From Selenomonadaceae bacterium (GTDB lineage: Bacteria > Bacillota > Negativicutes > Selenomonadales > Selenomonadaceae), in the NCBI GenBank assembly GCA_017527075.1, contig JAFXQM010000009.1, positions 45,419 through 109,418 on the forward strand: a stretch of 64,000 nucleotides of DNA. The letters are read 5' to 3'. Made by a program: the position numbers and the translations under genes. The notes under the pieces were generated by a model. It did no database searches. It was not told the origin of the DNA and worked only from the letters and a program-made list of their open reading frames with translations. This document shows, piece by piece, positions 37,227 through 45,384 of this stretch. The first letter of the stretch is position 1. Each line of letters begins with the position of its first letter.

Positions 37227-38474
37227 ATGTTTTGGCAGATGGTCAAGGGCGCGCTGATTCGTCAGCGGAATCGGTTCGCGCTCATCGCGTTGACGGTCGC
37301 GCTGGGCGTGTCATTGGCGGCGGCCATGCTCAATGTCATGTTCGACGTGGGCGACAAGGTCAATCAGGAGCTCAAAGCTTACGGCGCAAACATCACAGTC
37401 ACGCCGAAAAATTCTGCGCTGCTCAAAGACGTTTACGGGCTGGAGGCTCACGAGTACCTGAACGAATCGGATTTGGGCAAGATAAAAACAATTTTCTGGA
37501 CGAACAATATCGTGGCGTTTGCGCCGAAGCTCGAAGGAACGTTGACGCTCGACGGCGGCGACAAAATTTCTGCGGCGGGCACGTGGTTCAATCACGAGAT
37601 GACTTTGCCGACGGGCGAGACGCTCAGCACGGGCGTGGTGGAGATGAAGTCGTGGTGGAAGGTCGACGGAAATTATCCCGCCAATGATTCGGAGGCACTC
37701 GTCGGACAAAAACTCGCGGCGGAAAAAAATCTTCACGTCGGCGACACACTCAAGACCGGCGGCGGCGAATTTAAAATCAGCGGAATACTTTCGGGCGGCG
37801 GCGACGAGGACAATCAAATTCTTTTGACGCTCGGTGCCATGCAAAAAATTTTGAACGTGCCGGGGAAAATCGGGAGCATTGAAGTCAGCGCGATAACCAC
37901 GCCCGAAAATGATTTGGCGCGCAAGGCGGCGGCGAATCCCGATTTGCTCAGCCAACAAGAAAAAGAAATTTGGTACTGCACGGCTTACGTCAGCTCGATT
38001 GCGTATCAGATTGAAGAGGTCATCGCGAATTCGTCGGCGCGCCCCGTCAGACAAATCGCTGAGTCGGAAGGAAAAATTTTGGAGAAGACTCAGCTGCTTA
38101 TGCTGTTAATCACGGCGTTGAGTTTGCTGTCGACGGCGTTGGGCGTGTCGAATTTGGTCAGCGCGAACATCATGGAGCGCAGTCGGGAGCTCGGACTTTT
38201 GAAGGCAATCGGCGCGACGAATCTCGGCGTGATACTTTTGGTCTTGACGGAAATTTTTATCGCGGGAATCGGCGGCGGCGTCTTGGGTTACGCGGTGAGC
38301 TTGGGCTTGACGCAAATCATCGGGACGACGGTTTTCGGCTCGGCAATCGTGAACAACGCGGCGGTGCTTCCGATTGTCAGCGTGCTGATGGTCGCGGTGC
38401 TTTTGGTCGGGAGCTTGCCGGCGATAAGGATGCTTTTGTCTTTGCAGCCGGCTGAAGTTTTGCACGGGCGGTGA
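37227..38474 (+). CDS. ABC transporter permease, FtsX/MacB-like
   Basis: TM1, a large periplasmic domain, and the C-terminal FtsX 3-TM bundle with MERSRELGLLKAIGAT. Confidence 0.8.
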   Translation: MFWQMVKGALIRQRNRFALIALTVALGVSLAAAMLNVMFDVGDKVNQELKAYGANITVTPKNSALLKDVYGLEAHEYLNESDLGKIKTIFWTNNIVAFAPKLEGTLTLDGGDKISAAGTWFNHEMTLPTGETLSTGVVEMKSWWKVDGNYPANDSEALVGQKLAAEKNLHVGDTLKTGGGEFKISGILSGGGDEDNQILLTLGAMQKILNVPGKIGSIEVSAITTPENDLARKAAANPDLLSQQEKEIWYCTAYVSSIAYQIEEVIANSSARPVRQIAESEGKILEKTQLLMLLITALSLLSTALGVSNLVSANIMERSRELGLLKAIGATNLGVILLVLTEIFIAGIGGGVLGYAVSLGLTQIIGTTVFGSAIVNNAAVLPIVSVLMVAVLLVGSLPAIRMLLSLQPAEVLHGR

Positions 38475-38479
38475 GCGGC

Positions 38480-38750
38480 GGGCGTCCTTTCGTTGGTTAA
38501 GCAAAAGGACACAAAGTCAACTGAGGTTTTCACGGCGCGTCGTGTTCGTTGGGCTGATAAAAATTTTTTGTCTGTTGAACCTTACTTTTCTTTTGCGTGC
38601 CCAAAAGAAAAGTAAGCAAAAGAAAAGGGCACCTCGCGGGGGCGTCGGTCGTTCGTGATTTGGAGTCGCGCGCAACCCGTGTGTGATGTGCGCTGGACGC
38701 CGCTGTCCTGCGGCGTGTGCAGCGCGGCCGTCCATCCGGGACGGCCTCTG
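38480..38750 (+). repeat. structured interspersed element, copy B (reference orientation), inserted between the two permease genes
   Basis: Hairpins GTCCTTT/AAAGGAC (38484-38510), ACTTTTCTTTTG/CAAAAGAAAAGT, GCGCTG..ACGCCGC/GCGGCGT..CAGCGC and GGCCGTCC/GGACGGCC (38726-38746). Conserved block GGGCACCTCGCGGGGGCG. Confidence 0.8.
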
Positions 38751-38785
38751 ATTCGTCGGCGTGATTCTTTCTTGGGAGTGAACTC

Positions 38786-39928
38786 ATGAAGATAAAATTT
38801 TTTCTGCGAATGATTTTTTACTCGTTGCTTCGGCGGCGAATGCGAATGTTAATCGCGCTTATCGCGGTGGCGGTCGGCGCGACGATAATTTCGGGCATGG
38901 TCACGGTTTATCGCGAGGTGCCTCAACAGCTCGGCAGAGAGTTCAGAGCATACGGCGCGAACCTGCTGATAATTCCTGCGGGCGAGGCGGCGACCTTCGA
39001 CGAACAAAAAATTTCCGACGTCCGAAAAATTTTGTCGGGGCAAGAAATCATCGGCGCGGCTCCGTTTTTATATGAGCGGCTGGAGATTAACAAGCAGTAC
39101 ATTTTGACGGGCGGCACGAACTTCGACGAACTGCAAAAGGTCAGCCCGTATTGGCAGATTGAAGGCGCGTATCCTGCGGCGGGCGCGCGAGAGGTTTTAA
39201 TCGGCGCACAGCCGGCAAAAATTTTTTCGCCGTATGAACCGAGTGAAATCATCGGGCAAGAGGTGACGATAAGCGCGGGCGAGGGCACCGCCATGAAAAA
39301 ATATGTCGTGAGCGGAATCGTCTCGACGGGCGGCAAGGAAGAAGAATTCGTCTTCATGAATCTTGACGACCTGCAGCAAATCGTCGGCAAGCCGAATGAA
39401 ATTTCAATCGCGCAATTCAGTGTCGTGGCGGAGGGCGACAGCCTCGGCGCGCTCGAAGAAAAAATTTCGGCGGGCGTCGACGGCGCGCAACCTCAGCTCG
39501 TAAAACAAATCGCGAACTCGGAATTCAACGTGCTCAGCAAGTTGCAAGTGCTCGTCCTGCTCGTCACGGCGATTGTCCTGCTGTTGACTTTGATTTGCGT
39601 GACAACGACGATGATGGCGGTCGTGACGGAGCGGCGCAAGGAAATTGGTTTGAAGAAAGCGTTGGGCGCGGCGAACGAAAATATTGTCCGCGAATTTCTC
39701 GGCGAGGGCTGTCTGCTCGGCGCGTTCGGCGGGCTGTTCGGCAGCGGGCTCGGATATCTTTTCGCGGAAAGTGTCAGCGTTCAGGTCTTCGGGCGCGGAA
39801 TTTATTTTTCCGTGTCGATTGCCGTGCTGTCGGTTGTGTTGTCGATAATCGTGACGGGCGCGGCGAGTTTGATTCCCGTGCGCATTGCCACCGCCGTTGA
39901 CCCCGCCATTGTCTTGAGAGGAGAATAA
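38786..39928 (+). CDS. ABC transporter permease, FtsX/MacB-like (second subunit)
   Basis: Same architecture as the first permease, with TERRKEIGLKKALGAA. Confidence 0.8.
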   Translation: MKIKFFLRMIFYSLLRRRMRMLIALIAVAVGATIISGMVTVYREVPQQLGREFRAYGANLLIIPAGEAATFDEQKISDVRKILSGQEIIGAAPFLYERLEINKQYILTGGTNFDELQKVSPYWQIEGAYPAAGAREVLIGAQPAKIFSPYEPSEIIGQEVTISAGEGTAMKKYVVSGIVSTGGKEEEFVFMNLDDLQQIVGKPNEISIAQFSVVAEGDSLGALEEKISAGVDGAQPQLVKQIANSEFNVLSKLQVLVLLVTAIVLLLTLICVTTTMMAVVTERRKEIGLKKALGAANENIVREFLGEGCLLGAFGGLFGSGLGYLFAESVSVQVFGRGIYFSVSIAVLSVVLSIIVTGAASLIPVRIATAVDPAIVLRGE

Positions 39929-39931
39929 ATT

Positions 39932-40585
39932 TTGGCTCTGCTTGAATTGAAAGACGTTTCGATGGTTTACAACGGGAAAGTGCGCGCGCTCGACGGAATA
40001 AATTTTTCCGTGGAGAAGGGCGAGTGGGTTGCGATCATGGGTCCTTCGGGCTCCGGCAAAACCACGCTCATGAACATAATCGGCTGCATGGATAAGGCAA
40101 CGGGCGGCGAAGTAATTTTGGACGGCATCGACTTGAGTGACGTGGACGGCACTCAGCTCACCGAGATTCGCCGCGAAAAAATCGGCATGGTCTTCCAGCA
40201 ATTTCATCTCGTGCCGTACTTGACCGCCGTGGAAAATATCATGGTCGCGCAATATTATCACGGGCTGCCCGACTTAAGCGACGCGATGACCGAACTCAAA
40301 CGCGTGGGCTTGGAGGACAGGGCGAATCATTTGCCGAGCCAACTCAGCGGCGGCGAACAGCAACGCGTTTGCATTGCGCGTGCGCTGATAAATTATCCCG
40401 TGCTGATTCTCGCCGACGAACCGACCGGCAACTTGGACGAGGCCAATCAAAATCTTGTCATGAAAATTTTTCACGAGCTGCACGCCGAAGGTCACACGAT
40501 TATCACCGTCACTCACTCGCCCGACGTCGGCCGCGAAGCTCAGCGGTGTATCGTCCTCGAACACGGGAGGATTAAGGATAGTTAG
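39932..40585 (+). CDS. ABC transporter ATP-binding protein (LolD/MacB ATPase type)
   Basis: GPSGSGKTTL, LSGGEQQRVCIARAL, ILADEPTGNLD. Confidence 0.9.
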   Translation: MALLELKDVSMVYNGKVRALDGINFSVEKGEWVAIMGPSGSGKTTLMNIIGCMDKATGGEVILDGIDLSDVDGTQLTEIRREKIGMVFQQFHLVPYLTAVENIMVAQYYHGLPDLSDAMTELKRVGLEDRANHLPSQLSGGEQQRVCIARALINYPVLILADEPTGNLDEANQNLVMKIFHELHAEGHTIITVTHSPDVGREAQRCIVLEHGRIKDS

Positions 40586-40615
40586 GAGTTAGGAGTTAGG
40601 AGTTAGGAGTTAGGA
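40581..40615 (+). repeat. five tandem GTTAGGA heptamers forming the intercistronic spacer
   Basis: GTTAGGAGTTAGGAGTTAGGAGTTAGGAGTTAGGA-ATG. The first TAG is the ATPase stop codon, and the array ends at the next start codon. Confidence 0.9.
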
Positions 40616-41068
40616 ATGAGGAATTTTTTTATTGCAATTCTTGTGGCGGGGATTTTAATCAGCGGGTGCGGCGGCGAAGAAAAATCTCCCGCTCCGAAGC
40701 CCGCGCAAAACAAAATCGACTTGTCCAACGCCAAGGACGGCACGTACACGATTGAAAGCTCGCGCGACGAAAAACTCGGCAACAGCACCTTGACGCTGAC
40801 GATTAAGGACAAAAAAATTGTCGCCGCCTCTTTCACGGGTTACGATTTGTTCGGCAACGTCAAGGACGAAAATTACGGCGCGCTGACCGGCAAAGATTCC
40901 GCCGATTACAAAAAGGCGCAGGTCGCCGTCGACGCGATTAAAGTTTATCCCGCGCAGCTCGTCGAGACTCAAGACCTCGGCAAGGTCGACGCGATTTCGG
41001 GCGCGAGTATTTCTTACGGGCAATTCGTCGAGACAACCCGCCGCGCAGTCGAAGAAGCCTCCAAGTGA
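40616..41068 (+). CDS. FMN-binding domain lipoprotein
   Basis: Lipobox ILISGCGG and the FMN_bind motif DAISGASISYGQF. Confidence 0.75.
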   Translation: MRNFFIAILVAGILISGCGGEEKSPAPKPAQNKIDLSNAKDGTYTIESSRDEKLGNSTLTLTIKDKKIVAASFTGYDLFGNVKDENYGALTGKDSADYKKAQVAVDAIKVYPAQLVETQDLGKVDAISGASISYGQFVETTRRAVEEASK

Positions 41069-41388
41069 CCCGCAACGATTTAATTTTGGTCGCGGTGCTG
41101 ATAATTTTTTCGCTCGTGCCGCCGATGAATTTTGATTCGAAAAAAAAAATCGCCGTCGTGAAAGTTGGCGGCGAGATTGTTCGCGAGCTTGACCTGTCGG
41201 AGAAAAAAATTTTCACGGTCGAAGCAAGCGGCGGCAAAAATATTTTGGAAGTAAAGGGCGGGGCAGTTCGCGTGGTCGAAGCGGATTGCCCCGATAAAAT
41301 TTGCGTGCGGCGCGGCGCGATAAAAAATCTCGGCGAGACGATTGCTTGCGTGCCTCACAAAATTTTGATTGAGGTCGTCGGCGAGTAA
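41065..41388 (+). CDS. NusG domain II-containing (DUF1312) protein
   Basis: N-terminal TM helix, then ...ILEVKGGAVRVVEADCPDKICVRRGAIKNLGETIACVPHKILIEV. Confidence 0.7.
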   Translation: MTRNDLILVAVLIIFSLVPPMNFDSKKKIAVVKVGGEIVRELDLSEKKIFTVEASGGKNILEVKGGAVRVVEADCPDKICVRRGAIKNLGETIACVPHKILIEVVGE

Positions 41389-41389
41389 A

Positions 41390-43282
41390 TCAATCCAGCC
41401 GCGTCTTGGTGATTTCGTCCCAGCGGTCGCCGAAATATTCCGCGAGCCGCCATTCGATTTGCCGATGATAAGTGACGGACGTGACGGGCGCTGACGAATC
41501 TTGAAAAGCGTACCTGCCGATTTTCCTCAGCGCGGCGGGCAAGACCAAACTTTTCAGCCCGCAAAACTTGAACGCCTCGTCGCCAATCTCCGTCAGGCTT
41601 TCGGGGAAGACGACGTGCGTAATTTGCTTGCAGTTGTAAAATTTTCTGTCCTCAATGCGAGTGAGCCCTTCGCGCAAGACGAGCACACCGCCGCGAGGAT
41701 TTTTTTGTTCGGAGTCGCGATAAAGTTCCTCCAAAATGTTTTGAGCTTTTTCATCGCCGCAAGCCGCCAAAGCCTTCAACTTCAAAATCAAATCCAAATC
41801 GCCGCGCTTAACCGCATTGAACTTTTCTTGCGCGGAAATTTTTTCGCCCAAAATTTTTTCCGCGTCGTCAAAGAAATTTTTTATCGGGTCGTCGGCGGAT
41901 TCGGAAGCAAAAAATTTTTCGCCGTAAAGTTTGACGAGCTCACCGACGGCGAAAGTGTCATTGGCCGTTGTCGCCTCGAAAAGTTCAATCGCCTGCGCGC
42001 GAAGTTTTTCGGCGTCGACGTATCCGACGAGCCGCGCCAACTCGATGAACTTGCTGTCGGCAAAAATTTTTTCGTCGCCCCGCGAAGAAATGCTGCGGAA
42101 AATTTTCTCCGCCGTGGAAAGATTTTTTTGCACGCCCAGACCTTTGGCGTAAATCAATCCGACGCAAATTTTTTCGTTCACGTCGTCGGTCGCGCGCCGC
42201 AGACAAGTTTCAAAAAGTTGATTGGCTCTGCCGAGTTGCCGAAGTTTGCTCAGGCAAAGATTCGCCAGCTCAAATTGCGCGATGAAATCGTTCCGAAGTT
42301 TTTCATAAACATTTCGCGCCCTGTGATAAAAATTTTTCGCGGCGGCTTCGTCGTGGTTCGCGGCGCGGATGTCGCCCAAAGTTTTCAACGCGTCGGCATA
42401 AGCTCTGTTCTCCGTCCGCTTGACGAACATGCCGCCCTCCACCGCGTGAATTTGCGCATGGCAATTTTTGCACACGACCATCAAATTGCCGCGGCGGTTG
42501 TCGCCCTGATTGTGATTCTTGTGATGAATTTCAAGTTCGGCGGGCAAAAATTTTTTGCGGCAGACTTCGCAGGTGAAGTCGACGTTTTTTTTCAGCGAGA
42601 ATTTTTTTTGCGCGGAGAGGACGTAAATTTTTTTTACGGCGGAAACGTCCGTGAACTCGACGGGCGGGAAGTCGGATTCATTTGCCTTGGCACTCAGCAA
42701 AAACTCCGCGATGTCGAAGTCATCAACGATTCGCTGACGCATTGCGCGGTCGCCGCCCTTCCAAAGTTCTTTGCCCGCTCCGCAGTATCGCCGAAAATTT
42801 TTCCAGTTCAGCTCGCGCAAACAATGCTGACAAACTTTCAGCCGCCGATAAACATTTTGCTCGCGCGGCTCGCCGTCGACGAACAAGTTCACCAAAAAAT
42901 TTCCGCGCGTTTCATACGTCATGACGTATCGGGATTCGTAACGATTTTTCTTTTGCGAGTCGCGCAAGTGTTGGCAGAAGCACAGGTGGAAGCGGTTATA
43001 ATTTTCTGCCGCGTATCTTTGCCGTGAAAGATATTGGTCGCGGATGTAAAGGATGACGGCGTGCTCCTTGTAAGCGAAGGGGACGAGCGGCGCGAATTTT
43101 TTCCCAAGCTCTTCCAAAATTTTTTGGTCGAACTCTTTGCCCTCCGAAAAATCTTTTCGTTCGGCGGCGGTCAGGGTCGGCAGGGAAAAATTTTCCGCCG
43201 CCAATTTTATTTGGCTGTCGCTTATGCCCATCGCCGCGAAAATTTTTTGGAACGGCTCCAAAATTTTTTCAGCGTTGCTCAT
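41390..43282 (-). CDS. HNH nuclease fused to helical (Sel1-like) repeats and a C-terminal BspA-type leucine-rich repeat; ZorE-like effector candidate
   Basis: The HNH core is FTCEVCRKKFLPAELEIHHKNHNQGDNRRGNLMVVCKNCHAQIH. A Sel1-like unit reads GLIYAKGLGVQKNLSTAEKIF. The LRR_5-like end reads FPESLTEIGDEAFKFCGLKSLVLPAALRKIGRYAF. The start overlaps the upstream gene. Confidence 0.6.
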   Translation of the reverse strand: MSNAEKILEPFQKIFAAMGISDSQIKLAAENFSLPTLTAAERKDFSEGKEFDQKILEELGKKFAPLVPFAYKEHAVILYIRDQYLSRQRYAAENYNRFHLCFCQHLRDSQKKNRYESRYVMTYETRGNFLVNLFVDGEPREQNVYRRLKVCQHCLRELNWKNFRRYCGAGKELWKGGDRAMRQRIVDDFDIAEFLLSAKANESDFPPVEFTDVSAVKKIYVLSAQKKFSLKKNVDFTCEVCRKKFLPAELEIHHKNHNQGDNRRGNLMVVCKNCHAQIHAVEGGMFVKRTENRAYADALKTLGDIRAANHDEAAAKNFYHRARNVYEKLRNDFIAQFELANLCLSKLRQLGRANQLFETCLRRATDDVNEKICVGLIYAKGLGVQKNLSTAEKIFRSISSRGDEKIFADSKFIELARLVGYVDAEKLRAQAIELFEATTANDTFAVGELVKLYGEKFFASESADDPIKNFFDDAEKILGEKISAQEKFNAVKRGDLDLILKLKALAACGDEKAQNILEELYRDSEQKNPRGGVLVLREGLTRIEDRKFYNCKQITHVVFPESLTEIGDEAFKFCGLKSLVLPAALRKIGRYAFQDSSAPVTSVTYHRQIEWRLAEYFGDRWDEITKTRLD

Positions 43283-43926
43283 TGATTTTGTTCAGCTCCT
43301 TCTCCGCGTTCCGCCGAATGCTGATTTCCACACAGCGCGAGGCCGTCGCATTCCGAGTGTCCGCCTTGCTGAAGGACGCGCCGTTCGCCCTGAGTTTGTC
43401 GACGAGCCACTGCCGCTTTTCGGGCGTCTGCAAGGCGTTGAGCGTGAAGACGTTGCAAGACGTTGAAGGCTCTGTCCTGCGAAAGTTTCATGTTGTAAAA
43501 GTAAGCCTCGTTGGAATTCACGTCGCCGCTCCACTCCGGGGAGGCGTTGCCCTCGATTCGAACCTCGACAATCTCGGCGGAATATTTTTCCAAGACTTTC
43601 ATGTAACGCGGAAAAAATTCTGCGAGCACCGCTTGGAAATTCGGATTGACGGTGCTGTCGCCCGCCGCGAAAAAAACTGACGGCGACACAAAAATTATCC
43701 GCAAGTCGTCCTCCTCAATCTTCGCGCCGAGCCGCGCCATGTCTTCGGGCTTGAACTCGTCGATTAAGTCTTGGTGAATTTGATTTTTGATTTGTTCATA
43801 ACGATTGACGGTTTCTTTCATCTGAAAAAGGAAGCCCATGCACACGAACAGAAAAATCATCATCAAGCCGGTCATCATGTCGGAAATGGATTGCCAAATG
43901 CCGTCGTCGTTGCGTTTGAAAATCAT
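43279..43926 (-). CDS. MotB/ExbD-plug + OmpA-like peptidoglycan-binding protein (ZorB-like), C-terminus frameshifted
   Basis: The TM helix carries the conserved Asp (WQSISDMMTGLMMIFLFV). The OmpA-like region reads FFAAGDSTVNPNF...VRIEGNASPEW...MKLSQDRAFNV. After about 43466 the plausible continuation (..LRANGASFSKADTRNATASRCVEISIRR..) lies in another frame. Confidence 0.6.
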   Translation of the reverse strand: MIFKRNDDGIWQSISDMMTGLMMIFLFVCMGFLFQMKETVNRYEQIKNQIHQDLIDEFKPEDMARLGAKIEEDDLRIIFVSPSVFFAAGDSTVNPNFQAVLAEFFPRYMKVLEKYSAEIVEVRIEGNASPEWSGDVNSNEAYFYNMKLSQDRAFNVLQRLHAQRLADARKAAVARRQTQGERRVLQQGGHSECDGLALCGNQHSAERGEGAEQNQ

Positions 43927-45323
43927 CCTGCCCGCCGCCTTTCGAGGAGCAGCTTATCAAGCTCCACGATTCTTGAGATAAAGATTTGGTAATTGCTGAC
44001 CAGCTTTCCGCTTATTTCTGCCAAAGCCGCCGCGAGATTTTGTATCGCCTTGCCCGATTGCTCGTCGGTATTTTTCGCGACGGTCTCAAACAGCCGGTGC
44101 AATGTGCTCAAAGATTCTTTCGTCTCCTTGTCCAAGTCCGCCTTGAAGCTCGCGATTGTCTTTCGGATAACTTCCATTGACTTCGCGCTCGTGTCGTTGA
44201 AGTCTTTCAGGTAATGTTGCTTGTCGAGTGAAACGCTTTGCGCGACGGAATTTATTTTCTTGACTTCGGCGGCGAAATTTTTTGCAAGCGAATCGATGTT
44301 GCCCGGATGATTTCTCAGGACGGAAAGATTTTTATTCAAGGCGTCTTCGCTGAACCTGCCAAAATTTTCCGTGAGGGTTTGCATTTGGTTGATACTCTCT
44401 TCCGCCTGCGAAATTACTTTGGAAAGTTGAGCGGTCGCGGCGTACAGTTCTTGTTGCACGGAAATATTTGCCGCGCTCGTGTCAGAAAAAATTTGCAGAG
44501 AATTTTGGAGCGCGCCAAGAATTTCGCGGTTAAAAGTTTCGTTGATGACTTTGAGCTCGGCGGTCGTCAGCTCGACGATATTTTTGTACTCGCGCTGCCA
44601 CGTGACCACTTCGCGGACGGCGGCGTTGAGTTCCTTGAAATTTTCGCCGAATTGCGTTTGGAGTTGGACGTTGAGATTTTTGATTGACTCGTTGAGTGCC
44701 GCGATAAAATTTTCGCTGAAATTTTTCGCGACGTCCCGCATGAAGCTGTCGAAGGAATTTTTCATGGCGTCGAGGCGGGCGGCTTGGCTCTGCCCGAAGG
44801 CTTCGATACTCCCCGCGAGGGTCGCGCTCAAGTTCGATAAACTTTCGGATTGCGCGTTCATGGCGGCGGAAAGATTTTTCATGTCGGGCGCGAAAGTTTC
44901 CATTGCCGTGACGAGCCTGCCCAACTCCCGCTGAAGATTTAAATTGTCGTTGGCAGCGTTGCCGGTCTCAATCGCCGCCAAAATTTTTTCCAACGTCCCT
45001 TTGACTGAATCGCTGTCGGCGTGGTCAATATCCCGCTGATAAAATTTTATCGCGAGCCCCGCGCCCATTCCGACAATCGAAGTCACGAAGGCCAACCTCA
45101 TGCCGTCGAGAAAAGCGTTTATGCTTTCGACCATGTTGGCGGCGTTCGTGTCGAAGTTGTAAAGCCCGTAAGCAATTCCGATGAAAGTGAACAGCACGCC
45201 GACCGTCACGACGTGTTGGGCTCCGCTGTCGAGAATTTTTTTCTGCGCGTTCCGATAAGAATTAAACGCAATGCCGCCGCAAACGCCCGCGCAGACAAAA
45301 ATTAAAATCCATGATAAATTCAA
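43923..45323 (-). CDS. MotA/ExbB-like 3-TM protein with a ~370-aa coiled-coil tail (ZorA-like)
   Basis: The TM helices fall at about residues 5-22, 40-58 and 78-96 (TVGVLFTFIGIAYGL, AFVTSIVGMGAGLAIKF). The rest is a long heptad-rich, low-complexity helical tail. The TTG at 45323 is better spaced from GGGAGG than the track start at 45329. The stop overlaps the next start (ATGA). Confidence 0.55.
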   Translation of the reverse strand: MNLSWILIFVCAGVCGGIAFNSYRNAQKKILDSGAQHVVTVGVLFTFIGIAYGLYNFDTNAANMVESINAFLDGMRLAFVTSIVGMGAGLAIKFYQRDIDHADSDSVKGTLEKILAAIETGNAANDNLNLQRELGRLVTAMETFAPDMKNLSAAMNAQSESLSNLSATLAGSIEAFGQSQAARLDAMKNSFDSFMRDVAKNFSENFIAALNESIKNLNVQLQTQFGENFKELNAAVREVVTWQREYKNIVELTTAELKVINETFNREILGALQNSLQIFSDTSAANISVQQELYAATAQLSKVISQAEESINQMQTLTENFGRFSEDALNKNLSVLRNHPGNIDSLAKNFAAEVKKINSVAQSVSLDKQHYLKDFNDTSAKSMEVIRKTIASFKADLDKETKESLSTLHRLFETVAKNTDEQSGKAIQNLAAALAEISGKLVSNYQIFISRIVELDKLLLERRRAG

Positions 45324-45384
45324 AGCCAAGCCTCCCGAAAAATTTTTGCGGCGATTATATCACAGCGGCGACGAAATTTCTTGG

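Noticed and set aside
38480-38750. Hammerhead or other small self-cleaving ribozyme, group II intron fragment, or IscB/TnpB guide RNA as the identity of the interspersed element.
   Set aside because: There is no CUGAUGA...GAAA hammerhead core (only CTGATAA), the element is far too short for an intron, and no IscB/TnpB/IS200-605 ORF is adjacent to any of the five copies.
43292-43534. ORF 43292..43534(-), 80 aa, as the alternative C-terminus of the MotB-like gene.
   Set aside because: Its translation (SSRSTPCRRPKSGSGSS...) is not protein-like. The third frame gives the OmpA-like continuation, so the lesion is a +1-type shift explained by the 10-bp duplication.
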